Positions 1-14,275 of a DNA stretch of 64,000 bases are shown here, piece after piece (the first letter of the stretch is position 1; each line of letters starts with the position of its first letter). The notes below the pieces were generated by a model, which did not search any database, was not told where the DNA came from, and worked only from the letters and a program-made list of their open reading frames with translations. The stretch comes from Piromyces finnis finn. Its lineage: Eukaryota > Fungi > Neocallimastigomycota. The stretch is from positions 434,001 to 498,000 of the forward strand of contig MCFH01000017.1 in NCBI GenBank assembly GCA_002104945.1. Direction: 5' to 3'. The position numbers were made by a program, and so were the translations under genes.

Positions 1-217
1 TAAAATGATAATAATATTTCATAATAATGATAACCCAGTTCTATTTACTTTTTAGGGGAAAACTTCATGAGTTGTTTTGGTCTAATTCTTGATTTATTTT
101 ATTGTAAAATTCTATGGATAAGATGATTCATATTTGTTTAAACTCCGACTTGACACTTCTTCATATATCGGTACGGTTAATTATGGAGTCTAGGTAGTCG
201 TTAGCAGTGATTCTAGA

Positions 218-419
218 TTAATCATTTAATAATTATATATTATCTATCTATTTCTATTAAAACTAATACTAAGAATGGGGATTAAAATTGATAAATTTAT
301 TAACTTTAATTATTAATAAATTATGACCCATTTTCTTTTTCTGTAATAATGTGTAACTTAACAATATTTATGGCTTAAGTTACATTAGATATCAAGCTGT
401 GGCATTTGATATCTTTACA
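218..419 (-). mobile_element. Truncated LTR of the 'A' chromovirus family (U3 end)
   Basis: Ends in GATATCAAGCTGTGGCATTTGATATCTTTACA, matching the LTR termini at 35934-35968 and, in reverse, 56263 and 57473. Confidence 0.7.
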
Positions 420-3400
420 CCGATTTAGGGGTTCTAGCTTAAGAATATTTTCAACCTTAGATTTAATGGGAAGCTGAATAAAGCTAAAATATACATGTTC
501 ACAAAAGGATTACATCCAAAAATGCGTGAACATTTTGCTGTAATTTATCCAAACCCCTCTCAATTAGAGTGTCTTTATTCTGATGTCCTTAGTATTGAAA
601 ATCTTACTAAGAGAAATGATATCAGTGAATACTACATGACGCATCAAGACAGAAGAAATTACAACCAAAATGATCCTATGGATGTAGACTTAGGATCAGT
701 TTAGGTCAAAGAAAGGTTAATTACTTCCTTTCCCATAAAAGTAATTATAATAAAAATAAAACAAACCGCACTGAGGCCAAGAAGAAGGGTGTTTGCTTTA
801 CTTGTGGAATGTCTGGACACTTTCAATTTAATTGTTCAAACAAAAAGAAACCGAAAAATGTGAAAATTATCAAGAGATGCTATTCAGAAGACGATGCTAG
901 CCCTTCAATCAAGAGAATTAAAAAAGAAAATCGTAATTCCAAGGGAACTTCAAACATGTTCGAGATTCATAAAGGTTAAAAGAAAATATCATCGATTTTT
1001 ATATTAAAACCAATGATATCGATGAGGTCAAGGCTAAAGTACTTATTGATTCTGGTTCCGATCTCAATTTCATCTACCCTGAGTTCGCCCGAATCAATAA
1101 TATTAAACTTTCAAATATTGCTGAATCTTTCAAGGTTTCTGGTTTAGGGAAAGGTACATCTACCGTGAAAAAGGAATCCGAAAAGTGCATCCTTCGTTTG
1201 AGAAATTACTACGAAGTCATTCAATTATATGCCCTTAGGATTCCTGAAGTTGATAAAATTCTTGATGTACCTTGGATAGAAAAACATTGCCCTGTTTACT
1301 ACCACGACTCTTCCAAAATTGCCTTTAGCTCTATATACTGTGCCAGACATTGTAATGTGGGAAGAAGAAAGAACAAGAGTAGCACAAAGGAAACCAAAAA
1401 AGAAAAAATATCATCAAGAAAAGGAAAGGAAGCTACTCAAGACGATGAAGATGAACAATCCTCTTATAGTGACCTTGGTTCATGAAATCATTATGAATCC
1501 TCCTATAGAGACTCCAGTGATGATGAAGAAACTTTGAGTATTAGAGGCCGTAGAATCTCCGTTAAAACTATTAGTAATTTAGAGAGTTTTAATAAAATTA
1601 AATTTAGTGATAGTTTAAATAATAATAATAACAATAATAATTGTAATTTTAAATGCACATGTTAACTGTATTAATGAAAATTTAAATAAAGATAATAAAT
1701 CGGACCAAAACAATATTCATTTTCAAAAAAAGTGTTTAATAATAACAATTCTTGTGTATTAAATTCAGATAGTAACTGTAATGATTTATCTTGTAATATT
1801 ATTAATCAAAGTAATACTGAAAATAATAATATGAATAAAGATAAAAAATCTGTCGAAATTCCAAAACAATATTTATTATTTAAAGAGGTTTTTAATGAAA
1901 AGAATTGTAATATTTTACCTCCACATCGTGAATACGATTGTGAATCAAATTAAAGGATAGATTCTAACTTGTTTTATGGTCCTCTTTATCCTTTAACAGA
2001 GACGGAGAGAAATGAATTAAAATGTTATATTAAAGAAAATTTGGAAAAAGGTTTCATTAGGAAATCTACATCTCCTGCCGGAGCACCAGTTTTATTTGTC
2101 AAAAAGAAAGATGGGTCATTAAGACTATGCGTTGATTATAGGAAACTTAATGATATGACCATTAGAAATTCATATCCTCTTCCATTAATTGGTGACTTAT
2201 TGGATAGAGTGAAGGGTGCAAAGTACTTTACTAAATTGGACTTAAAGTCTGTTTATAATTTAGTAAGAATCAAAGAGGGTGATGAATACAAAACTGCCTT
2301 TAGAACAAGATATGGGCATTTTGAATATCTCGTTATGCCTTTTGGTTTAAAGAATGCACCAGCTACTTTTCAACATTTCATAAATGATGTCCTTAGTGAT
2401 TATTTGGATGATTTTGCTATATCATATATTGATGATATTTTAATATACTCAAATAGTCTAGAAAAACATCATGAACATGCTAAAAAATGTTGAAAATTAT
2501 TATAAAACAGTTTATATGTAAAGTTAGAAAAGTGTGAGTTTGATGTTTCAGAAACCACTTTTCTTGGTTATGTATTATCCAAAGATGGTCTGAAAATGGA
2601 TAGAGATAAAGTTAAAACTATCCTAGACTAGTCTGTTCCTACAAATGTTAAAAAGTTCAATCCTTTATTGGATTATACAATTATTATAAAATTTTTATTA
2701 AAGACTTTGCGAAAATTTCAAATCCTTTACATAAACTTACTAGAAAAAATGTTCCTTTTAATTGGGTTTCTGAATGTCAAAATGCATTTGTTACACTTAA
2801 AAAGGCTTTTATTTCAGCTCCTATCTTAATGAACCCTGATAACAACAAACCTTTTATTGTGGAGACTGACGCTAGTAACTTTGCAGTCGGTGCAATTCTT
2901 TCACAAGAATTTGAAGGGCAATTGCACCCTATTGCTTTTATTTCATCTAGCTTAACCAAGTCTCAAAGAAACTATTAAATTTATGATAAGAGTTGCTTGC
3001 TATCAAAGTGGCTTTTGAAGAATGGAGGCACTGTCTGAAAGATGCAAAGCATCAGTTCGTCATTTATACTGATCATAAGAATTTAACTTTCCCAAGAAAG
3101 CCTGAAATGCTCTCACAAAGACAGATAAGATGGTATGAATTCTTATCTAGATTTGATTTTAAATTAATTTATAGAGCTGGAAAAAAGTCTGGCAAACCTG
3201 ATTTGTTATCCAGACGTAGTGATCATATCTGTAATAATTGTAATAATGAAAGAATTAATGAATATATCGAAGGTAGTAATTTTAGTTGTAACTTTATTTC
3301 ATGTAATGTAATTAATCCTTTTAATAAAAGTGATTCTCTAATCAATTCTATTTTATGTTCTTTAAAAAATGATGATTTATATAACAAAGTTTGTGTATTT

Positions 3401-3690
3401 TTAAGTGATAAAAATTCTTCGTCCCCTCCGATTAGGAATATTAATAATGTTAAAATTGATAAAGAAGGATTTTTACTTTACGACAATTTAATTTATGTTC
3501 CTTCTTCATTAAGAATTAGGATCTTAGAATTACATCATGGCTCTATTTCTGCTGGTCACTTTGGTGTCAATAAAACTATTGAATTAATTAGTAGAAATTT
3601 TTGGTGGTCAAAGTTTAGCTATGATGTTAAAAAGTTTATAAAGTCTTGTGAAACTTGTTGTAAAGCTAAAGTTCCTAGTCATAAAGATTC
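420..3690 (+). mobile_element. Decayed Ty3/gypsy element, 5'- and 3'-truncated (gag-PR-RT-RH-start of IN)
   Basis: Gag NDPMDVD and CCHC knuckle (CFTCGMSGHFQFNC, ~790-835); protease LIDSGSDLNFI (~1040); [29 protein letters not shown]...YIDDILIYS (1969-2493); RNase [16 protein letters not shown] and YTDHKNL; integrase HHCC start. Several stops and frameshifts. Confidence 0.92.
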
Positions 3691-3928
3691 AAAATCATGA
3701 GACATGCATTCTATATCAAACGACAATATGGAGGGTTCCGGATAATTGTCTTTTTTTTTTCATGAATATCTTTATAGCTGATGATATATTCCTTATTGAA
3801 AGTGGTATATTTTTCCATTTCATTTTTTTTTGGTATACATTTGAATAAATCCATCCAATGGTATCTAGATTTTGAGTTGAAAGAAAAGATGAAACTAAGT
3901 CAACATTAAATAGAGTTGAAATAAATTG
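3686..3928 (-). pseudogene. Fragment of a family-B DNA polymerase (N-terminal/ExoI region)
   Basis: Manual minus-strand translation across two frameshifts: FNVDLVSSFLSTQNLDTIGWI...KYTTFNKEYIISYKDIHEK..DNYPEPSILSFDIECMSHD. SFDIEC (3723-3706) is the polB ExoI motif, with the expected upstream GW motif. Confidence 0.65.
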
Positions 3929-4469
3929 TACCTATTTTGTTAAAATTAGTACTCTAAAGTTTGGTACTTTTATTTTTAAAATTAACAAATAATATATATA
4001 TTTTCTTCTTTGTCAATTAGTATTTGAAATATTAATAAATTACAAGGATTAGTATCATCAACAATATTTCAATATACTTTAAAAATAAATAAAAAATAAC
4101 AATAATTAAGAAAAATTAAACGTTCAAATTAATTTAATAGTAAATTATTAAAAAAAATAATAAATACAATATTTATTATTTTAATATATAAAGATGTAAT
4201 TAATATTTTAATCCTATTTTTATTATCGTTGAAATCATAGTATTTTATTATAGCATTTTAAATTAATTTATCATTATAATAATTAAAAAAATAATAATGC
4301 AATTGCTAAAACATATCTTAAAATGATTCCTTTATTACTTATTACATTAGATAAAACTTATGTTTTATTAAAATATTTAAAAATTAGCAATATACTATAA
4401 TATTTAGTAATATTATTATAAATAAAAATAGAGTTAAATTAGAATTAATTTTTGCAATATTATTATAAA

Positions 4470-4874
4470 ATGGTATTTATTAAAATCTTATTATTGATAT
4501 TATCAGTTACAATGGTTATATTTTCTAAGGATACATTTGATTCGGATATTTTCAAAAAATTAAAAGACGAAATGAATAATTCTGATGTTTTTGAAAAATT
4601 AAAAAATGAAATGAGTAGTTATAATATTAATTATAAAAATAATAAATTAAATACAAAATCAACTACAATAAAGAAGACCACTTCATTAAAGAAAACTACT
4701 ACTAAAAAATCTAATTCATCACCAACTATTTTATCCAGTGATATATGTGGTAGTTATTCAGATGGTATCTATATTTGTAAAAATAATAGATGTTGTAGTA
4801 AATATGGTTATTGTGGTACAACCAATGCTCATTGTAGTACTGGCTGTAATCCAAATTATAGAAAATATTGGTAA
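4470..4874 (+). CDS. Small secreted chitin-binding (CBM18/hevein-like) protein, possibly decaying
   Basis: Hydrophobic signal peptide MVFIKILLLILSVTMVIFS, Thr/Lys linker, then CGSYSDGIYICKNNRCCSKYGYCGTTNAHCSTGC. The last Cys appears lost (YRKYW where YGKCW is expected). Confidence 0.85.
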   Translation: MVFIKILLLILSVTMVIFSKDTFDSDIFKKLKDEMNNSDVFEKLKNEMSSYNINYKNNKLNTKSTTIKKTTSLKKTTTKKSNSSPTILSSDICGSYSDGIYICKNNRCCSKYGYCGTTNAHCSTGCNPNYRKYW

Positions 4875-5159
4875 TTTATTTATTAACTCCTACATAATAA
4901 ATCTTTTTTTATATATATTATAAATATGTTATAAATATATTATAAATATAGTATAAATTTATTAGATTATTTTTTAAATGAAATAAAATTTATGTAATAA
5001 AAAAGGTATTGTTTAAGCAGAAACATTTATCATATAATATACTATTCTCACTATAAAATTTACAAAAATTTAAAATATTTTTTATTAGTACAAGTACATA
5101 TATATTATATATATTATAATAATTAAGATATCTATTATTTAATTGTTAACTTTAAAATA

Positions 5160-8100
5160 ATGATAATTAACAATAGTAATAATATAAAGTATAATATAAT
5201 ATATATATATATTGTTTTTTTATCTTGCTTATTTTTTTTAAAAAAAAATAAAAATTAAAATAGTAGTAGTGCTAATGAAAAGACTGCTGAACTTGAAACA
5301 AAGTTTAAAGAATTGTATATTAAAGCTGAACGTTTAGCTACTTATAGAATGGGATTTGAATATGATACAAATGCTAATATTGATAGTTCCAAAGATTTTT
5401 TATTTAACCATTATTCTTCCAATTTATATAATAATTATAAAATAAACATAGAAAATATGAAAGAAGATTTTGATTCACGTATTAAAGAACTGGATATAAT
5501 AAAACATTTCACCACTAATAAAAATAATGGTAATATTGGATTAGTTGAAGGAAGTAACAATTTAAATTTATTAACTTTTTTTGATCGTAGTTTCGGAAGT
5601 TCTGTTAATGATAACAATCTAAATAGTTTTAAATCAGCTATTCAATCAGGAAATGGATTTTCTATATCTGACTCAAGTGGTTCTACAATTAATTCAGATG
5701 TTACCAGTTTATTTGATAGTGTATCAAAGAAATGTAATAAAAATCCTACGTGTAAATCATTGTTTAAAATATCTAATAGTAATCCTAACGATAAAAATTA
5801 TCCAAAGTATTCTTTAATTAAAAATAATGATGATGATAAATTACATTTTATTATTAATTACAGTAGTGATGTCACTGACAATGGAAATAATAATGGACGT
5901 GGAACTTATTATTTTACATTTAAAAAGAACACAGATAATGGTGAATACACTATAAATCCTTACGATTCAAGTATAGATTTTATTTCATCAACTGATCTTA
6001 GTAATGAAAGTTATATAACTAAATTAAATGGTCATAACAAAAAAGTATCTAATGATAGTAATAATCAATATATCAAAGCTTATGGTCTTGATTTAATTGA
6101 TGCTTGTGATATTAAATTATCTGTTAAAAATGACTATAATCAAGAAATTAGTATATTTCATCCAATTGAATATAGAGTAAATGATGATAGATTAAATGGA
6201 AATGCATTTTATTCTGAGGTAGTTTCATATAGAGAGTTAAATACACCTTTAGGAGGTTATGTAAATAGTAATGATCCTAATTCATACATTATTCAGTCTA
6301 ATCTTTACCCTAATGAAAAAAATAATATTTTGTGTAGTTACTATAACAACAAGTATGATCACATTGAAACTATATCAAAAAATTTTTTGGAAGAAAAAAA
6401 TAAATTATTTAATGATAATAAAAGCAATAATTCTATAAATAGGATTAAAAAATTAATATATGATATAGAAGGTATTAAAAAGGAAATTAATGAAATAACT
6501 TTTGATTCATCTAATACTAATGACAATTTAAAAGAAGTCCTGACCCTATATTACCGAAAAAATCCTACATTAAGTAATACAAATTTAAATAAAAAAGTAG
6601 ATGACTTATTTAATGAAATAAATAATTTAAAATTAAATGAAGTATCAAAAGAAGAAATTGGTAAAGAAATGGTTAGTAATAATATTGATGAGCTAAACTC
6701 GTTAATAAAAGAAAATTTATGCAAAAAATATAAGAATGAATATACTAATTTCAAAAATAATTATATAAATGAACATAATATTTGAAGTACAAAATTTAAA
6801 TGAAGAAAAAGTAAAAAATGAATTTATTAAAAGTTTAGACGAAAAAAAGTTAATTGAATAATAAAATAATATAATAAATTCGAAATATTCTGCAATAGAA
6901 AGAACAAGAGTAATGGATAAAAGAACATTTAAAACAGAATATAGTAAGAATTATTATATAGAAGATTTAGGAAATATTAATGAAGAATTAATAGACGAAA
7001 CTTTTAATAAAGAATACAATAAAGAAAAAAATAAATTCTTTGTATAATAAAATGAATGAAAAAGGAGAGTTAAATGAAGAACTCCAAGACTGGCATATAC
7101 AAAATAAAGAAAAATGTGAAATCCTCGTTCGAAGTATGTATATCAAAAGTATTGGTCAAGAGGAAGATTATCAAAAGTATAAAGAAGAATATTATAAAAG
7201 TAATAAAGATGTGAATATAGACGAAATATCTAAAGAATACAACAGTTTAAAAAAATATATAAAAAATAAAAATTTTAAAAGTGGTTACAATAAATTTAAA
7301 GAAGATAACGTGGAAGATATAAAAACAATTATAGAAGATTCCTTTAAATATAGTTTAATAAGGGAAGTATTCAAAGATGAATGTATAAAGTATTCCGAAT
7401 TAAAAAATAGTCGTGAAGATTCAGACTTTATTAAAGATAAATATGATAAATAAAAAAGTGATAATAAATTGCAAAATAACCTTATAAACAATATCTTAGA
7501 TTATTATTCATCAGAATTAAATAATGAAATAAAAAAAATAGGGAATCAAAATTTTAATAATAAACTTGAAAATGAAATTATAGCCAATTTATCTACGCAA
7601 AATTCTTTAGAAAAGATATATCCAGTTAATTTATATGCCTATTCCAGCGAAGCAATGAATGGAGAAACACCCTAAAAGTTTGAAAATATATTAGGTTCGA
7701 ATTCTGGCGGTCACATTTATGAACTTGATAAAACGAATAGTTTAACACAGCACAATTATATAGTACATTACCTAGTGAAAAATATAAATCCCAATGTCAT
7801 GGATCTAAAGCTAAAAGATCTGGAGAGTCATGCAAAGTCTGCAATCAAATGAGAATACTTCAGAATACTTTTATGGATACTAAAATAATTGAATCCTTAA
7901 CGATTCTTAAAGAAATGAATTTAAGTCCTAATATATCATCATATACTAGTGAAGTTAATAATTTAAATGTTGTAAATTTGTTAGTAAAAGATGCTAATAG
8001 TATTGATGAAATTTTAAATTATATTGTTGAAATCTATAAAAATAATAAAGATTCATTTAATAAAGAATAAAGTGAACTACTGATTAGAAATATTAATAGT

Positions 8101-9058
8101 ATTACTAACGAAATCATATTAAAATACACTGATTCAAGATATTATGATAATGAAATTGAATATAAATGAAGAAAGTATAGAAAAATTATTAATATCACGT
8201 GGTGAAGCTCTTTGTTTACACGAAAATGAACATGGCGAAATTGATGAGTTAGTATTAAGAGAAATTGAAAGTAGTGATTCACAATCGAAATATAACAAGG
8301 ACAGGTTTAAAAAATTGATATATAAATTGGCTACACTTGTTAAAATTAATCCAAATACAATTATTGATACCGAAGATCCTAAATCAGCAATAAATAACTT
8401 ATGTGAGAAATTGAGTGAATTGAATGACATAGAAGATATAGATAATATAATGGAGGAATTGCAAAATTTTAAATCTTTTAATGATTTTGAATTTTATAAA
8501 AATGGAGATACATCGTTAAATTCAGAACTTGTACATACCTTATTTAATACGATTAACAGTAAAAAGGAGGGAAATGAAAATGAAAATGAAGAAACAAGAT
8601 CCTCAGAAAATAATTTAAATATTCTTAATAAAAAGAAACCAACTAAATCATCTTATGAAACCTTTTCTGATAAATTAGCATTTGCAATTTTAGCATCTGG
8701 TAAAGAAGATGGTACCTTAGCAAAGGAATTGGATGAAAATGGTAATTTGGTGTCAATTAAAATCAATATTATGAACAATGGAGAAGAATCGCTTGTGAGT
8801 ATTAATGAAATCATTCCTAGTTTTCAAGGATTAGAAGGTAAGGAGTTGGAAGATAAATTTTTTAAATTATATGAAATGTCTATGGTTTATTATTTAGAAA
8901 ATTTTGATACATACTATAATGAAAATAGAAAACGTTTAATGTACAGGAAAAAGGCTACAGAAACTATAAAATATAGTAATGTATTGTCAAACATAATTAA
9001 ATCCTATAATATTAACGAAAATAACGAAATTGAATATTTCGAACTTTTGATAATATGA
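5160..9058 (+). pseudogene. Large (~1200 aa) Asn/Lys/Glu-rich protein of unknown function, broken by frameshifts and stops
   Basis: Successive same-strand ORFs (5265-6785, 7040-7453, 7469-7675, 7849-8070, 8144-9058) with coding-like sequence between them. A plausible phase-2 intron at 5189-5263 links an ATG at 5160. Confidence 0.6.
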
Positions 9059-9141
9059 ATATTCATTATTCCACTAATACAAATTTAGATGATAAATTTA
9101 AATCTTTTTAAATAAAAATAAAAAAAAAAAAGGGGGGGAGG

Positions 9142-9331
<190 letters not shown>

Positions 9332-9570
9332 AATAGTAAAGATATCTTTTGTTGTCAGACTTGTGAAGAATTCTTTACTAATGAACTGACGGATTAATAA
9401 TTCCCCTGACAATGATCAATTTAATATATAAAAGGACTAAATCCTTTATATAGATGGATATACAATAGTTAATTATCTATTATTTATAATTTTTTTATTT
9501 TTGTTTATTTATTTTAATTAAAGAAAATAAAATAAAAAATAAAATAATACATAATACATAATACATTTTT

Positions 9571-9602
<32 letters not shown>

Positions 9603-10309
9603 GTATTTATATTTATATTTATATTTATGTAATAGTCTAGGTTAAGGTGAATGGTATTGAATTTCATTTGAATTTAAAATTTATAATATTTATGGTTTGA
9701 TCTTTTTGTTTTTGTTTTTTTGAAACTTTCAAAAGTTTACTTTAAAAAACGACATCTTTAAAAAAGGAAATAGGAAAAATGAATTTTTTTTTTTTTTAGT
9801 ATTAAATGGTATTAAGTTTGTTTTGATTTCTTTTTTTTTTTTTTTTAACTTTACGTTTTTATCTAAAAATGTCTTTTTAAATAATTTAATTAATATAAAG
9901 ATGTTTTTTTTTTTTTTTTTTTTTTTTTCTTTCCAATTATTTTTATTAAGTTAATTGTTTGTTTGTTATTTTATTTTATTTCTAATAAAATTAATATTTT
10001 AATATATTATTTTTATTAGGATTTTTATTGAATATTGAAATTTTGTTTTTATTTTATTTTTTATTTATTATTGTTTTTTTGTTTTAATTTTTGATTTTTT
10101 TTTTTTTTTTTTTTTTTGATAAATAGACATTTGCTATTTAATTAATTTATTATTTGTTGGTTTTTTGTTTTGGTTTGTTTGTTTTCAATGATATTTTTTT
10201 TATTGTATTGTTTTATTGCATTCAACTTTATATCAATTATAATTATTTAAAAAAAAAACGTAAATATTCTTTTTCTTTTTTTATTTATAAAAAAAAAAAA
10301 ATTTTTTTT

Positions 10310-13300
10310 TTAAGAATCTTGGGATGATGTATGAAGATGTTTCTTTTCATGACATTGAACTTCACCCGAGATACACGTTTTAATACTGGAAAACCATTCA
10401 TTTTCATATATTTGTTCCATGGTAATTCTTTTTTCCGGATCTGGATGAAGCATTTGAGTAATTAATTGTCTTGGACCATCCGGAAGATGACGAATTAAAT
10501 CATTTCTTCTTTCCTTTTTCCATCTTAAATAATCAAAATCTTCAAGGGTCGCTACTCTCCATGGTAATTCGTCAAATAACGAGGCTAAATAAACAATAGC
10601 ACAACTCCAAATATCCGAAGCTCTTGGATCATATTCTGACCTTTGGAATTGTTCTGGGGCAATATATGGCTTTGAACCCTTGATACCTCTTGATTTTTTA
10701 ATGGTATCAGGGGTGTAGGGATACTTGAAAATTTCAGATGTACCAAAATCAATAATTTTAAGTTGTGAAACATTTTTAATTAAAATATTTTCTGGTTTGA
10801 TATCGCAGTGAGCAACGCCTAACGAATGTAAATAATTCACTCCATCCATTAATTGTTTGAAATTACAATTGATTTCTTGACGACCTAAATTACCATTTTG
10901 AATGGTGGTAAAGAGATCACCTCCATTACAATACTCTAAAACAACAAAATACTTTCTACGTTTATGATTGTGAGTTTTTGTCATTAAAAAGGCATACGTT
11001 TCAATAATGTTAGGGTGGTGAAGAAGACTACCAATTTGATATTCATTACGTAAATGTTTTAAAAAGGTTCTTTCATCAATATTTTGTTTTACCCTTGAAA
11101 GTTTATACTCTTTTAAGGCATAATACATATTTGGATCATTGATTTTATGTACCAGTTTTACGACACAAGTAGCACCACGACCAATTTCACGAGATGATTT
11201 AGAAAAATCTTTTCTTCTAATATTTTTATTATTTTTGATATCGGAATTGAAGAGTGATTTTGATATTGACATGGAGGATGCCGTCGAACAATAGGAACGT
11301 TTATCGTATATTTTGTTAATAGAATCGGTATAATAAGAGTAATTACTATATTGAGAGGATTGATAACTGTTAAAGGACATGCCTGAAACAGAGGCTTGAG
11401 ATGTTTGTTCAAAGGATGAGCCGTGTTTTGAATGGTAGACAGGAAATTCTGGATGTTGATAACGTGCTTCATGACAGAAACAATCACAATCTTCTTCGGA
11501 AGCTGTACTTGTTACTGTGGAAAAGGTAAAACTTGAATTAATAGATTTATAATCTTTTGATGATATAGAAGAGGCAATACTACCAGGACCACCACTACTT
11601 AAGAATTGACCAAAATGATAAGGTTTATTAGCATGATTATCAAGGGCAACACTATGAGGTGAGAGTTTTGGTGATTGGGTTAATTTTGTTGCAGAAGAAA
11701 CACGAGAACTAGAATTAAAACTAATTTTATCTTCATCATAGCTAATGTTATCTAAAGAAGGGTCAAAACCGAAATTTTGATTTGCATAAATTGTACAGTG
11801 ACAGTATGGACAACGTTTTTCTTCCAATGGTTCTTCCATAAGTGCCATTGAAATTGCATCTAATGAAGCAGAAACCTTTGGAAGTTCGCTTATACTTGTC
11901 GCTTGTGTTGAATTTGATGGTGTATTTACAAGTCCAATAGCCGATGGAGCTTTTGGAACAAAAAGATTTCCATTTTTATCTTGTATATTCTTTTTTAAAG
12001 CAGCTGATGTTGAATAATTGGAATGTTTGTAAGGAGAAGGAATTGAAAGTTGAGGAGAACTAGCTAATACATTATGATTAAATTCATGAACAGAGGTTTC
12101 ATCCAAAGAGGCATCAAAAGAATGTTGATCATTATCCTTTACTTTAAGAAAAGATGATTTTTTTGGTATATTTTCTTTAGTATCCTTTTCAACTGATGTA
12201 TCTATAATTTTTTTTTTTTTTTGATAATTTAGAGTTATATAATAAATAAATAATTTTAATATTTAACAATAAAATATGATTTAAATAAAAAAATTTTTTA
12301 ATATTTAATGATAAAATGTAATCATTTAAATAGACTTTTAAAATTTAATAATATAGAATAATTCAAATATTTTTTTTTTCATCATACAAAGTATTTCATT
12401 ATGTATTATTATGTTTTTTTTTTTTTTTTTGAATTATTTTAATAAAATATCTCACAATGAAATACTTTAAATGAAAATAGTAAGATATTTTATTAAAATA
12501 TCTCACAATGAAATACTTTAAATGAAAATAGTAAGCCCGCTAATATTAATACTATTGATAATCTTAATTCTATGCTATTATTTTATATATATATATATAC
12601 CTTTATTATCATATAAAACTTCTTCCGAATTTTGAATAGTATGAGCTGTTGTTGCTAATGGAGATTTTGGCATTTCGATCGGCTTTAATTTTTCATTTTC
12701 CGTTAACGTCTTTAAAGTACTTTTTGTTTCATCGGTAATTGTTAATCCTGATTGACGTTTTAATTCGGTAATGGTGGATTCAAAGTTTAGACTATTACGA
12801 CTTCTTTCCATTCCACCGGCTAAACGTAATTCATGACAAAAATCAATATCCCGAACGGAAAGACGATTATTATTGGTACTAATAATAGAACTTTTCTTAA
12901 TGATAGTATCTTCATTTTCTAAAAAGGAAGCATCATCATATTTACTTGAAGACTGACGGTAAGTACTTTCTCTGTCAATAATATTATCAATTCCATCGGT
13001 GTGATCATTTGAAGAGGAAGGAGAAATGGGTGGTAGGGAAGACGAAGGAGATGAAGTAATTCTCATGTTTTGGTCAATAACTTGAAGGGTAGAATGAATA
13101 GGTATAGGTTGAGTCGTGGGGGAGGAATTTAAAGATTTATTGGCTTGGGAATCTACCAAAGTAATACTTTGCATAGAAGTAGAGGTATAATCATCACCAG
13201 ATTTTAAAGTAGAAATTTTAGACAAAGGTCTCTTATCATTGTCAGTTTCCTTTGGAATTGGAGTTTTTAAAGGTTCTTCTGAGACCTTGATAATTTCCAC

Positions 13301-14275
13301 CTTTTCTAAATCCTTACTTTTTATTTTTAAACCTTCCATATTTTTTTCCAAATCCATCTTAGTTTCCTCTTCTTTTATTTCTTCTATTTCTTGATCATCC
13401 TCTGTTTCTTGTTTTTCCTTTGATTTTTTACCCTCTTTATCCTTTATTTTATCCGAAGCCTTATTTTTAAAATATCTACCCAAAGATGAAAACAGGGAAG
13501 AAGGTTTTTTATTAGCATTAGTATTACCCTCCTTTTTTTCTTTCTTACTTAATTTTTTAGTTAATTTATTCAATCCGGTATCTGCGGATGCCGTAACAAG
13601 TGAGCCTTGAGAATCTTTCGAATGAAGGGAATTAGAAGAATTTTGATGTTCCAAGTTTGGAACAGAAAGATAATTTCCTGATGATTTTGCCGATAATGAT
13701 GAAGGGTTATCCGGACTTTTAAGATGTGTAAATCTAGTAAAAACTTCTTTGGGTGATTTAGGAGATAAAAATGGTGAAGAAGAAGATTTTACTTTTGAAG
13801 TAGAACCTATTTTAGGATTATTTTCAGTATGAATATTTAAATTGGTCATTGTTGGATTTACAACATCTTTACTTGATGAATTTACCGTCCAATGAAGATT
13901 TGGAGAAGATTGGGTATCATTTAAATTATTTAAATCTTGCTTTTCCGACGTCTTCGCATCATAATTATTTTTATCTACTGATTCTAAACCTTGTGGAGAA
14001 GAAGAGGTAAGTGTGGTATCATCAATATCATCCTCATTTTTTAATTTTTCCTCTCCCTCAAGACTATTATTATTTAATTCGTAAAGAGAACCTTTTGGTT
14101 TTACAGGTTTAATATTATTAATACTTAAAATAGTATGTCCTGATGATTTTCCATTTAACAATTTCTTTACTCTACTTTTACTACCATGGCCAATATTAGA
14201 ATCTTTATTATTTACATTTGTTGTAGTATTGGCATCTTTATCTTTATTTTTTAAACCAAGTTTACTTTTTAACAT
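10310..14275 (-). CDS. Ser/Thr protein kinase, HAL/Sat4/Npr1-like; exons 14275-12601 and 12201-10310, ~1188 aa
   Basis: IGRGATCVVKL, ALKEY, LHHPNIIETY, HCDIKPENIL, IIDFG, GSKPYIAPE and DIWSCAIVY..LPW in the C-terminal part. The GT..AG intron 12600-12202 is phase 1 on both sides and joins the two ORFs in frame. Long Ser-rich N-terminal region. Confidence 0.88.

Noticed and set aside
7695-7720. Serine hydrolase motif in GSNSGGH
   Set aside because: It does not fit GxSxG or G[DN]SGG exactly, and no other catalytic residues are identifiable.
5435-8430. Short minus-strand ORFs opposite the large ORF (likewise those overlapping the kinase, M13 and pol ORFs)
   Set aside because: These are antisense or alternate-frame shadows of longer coding regions.
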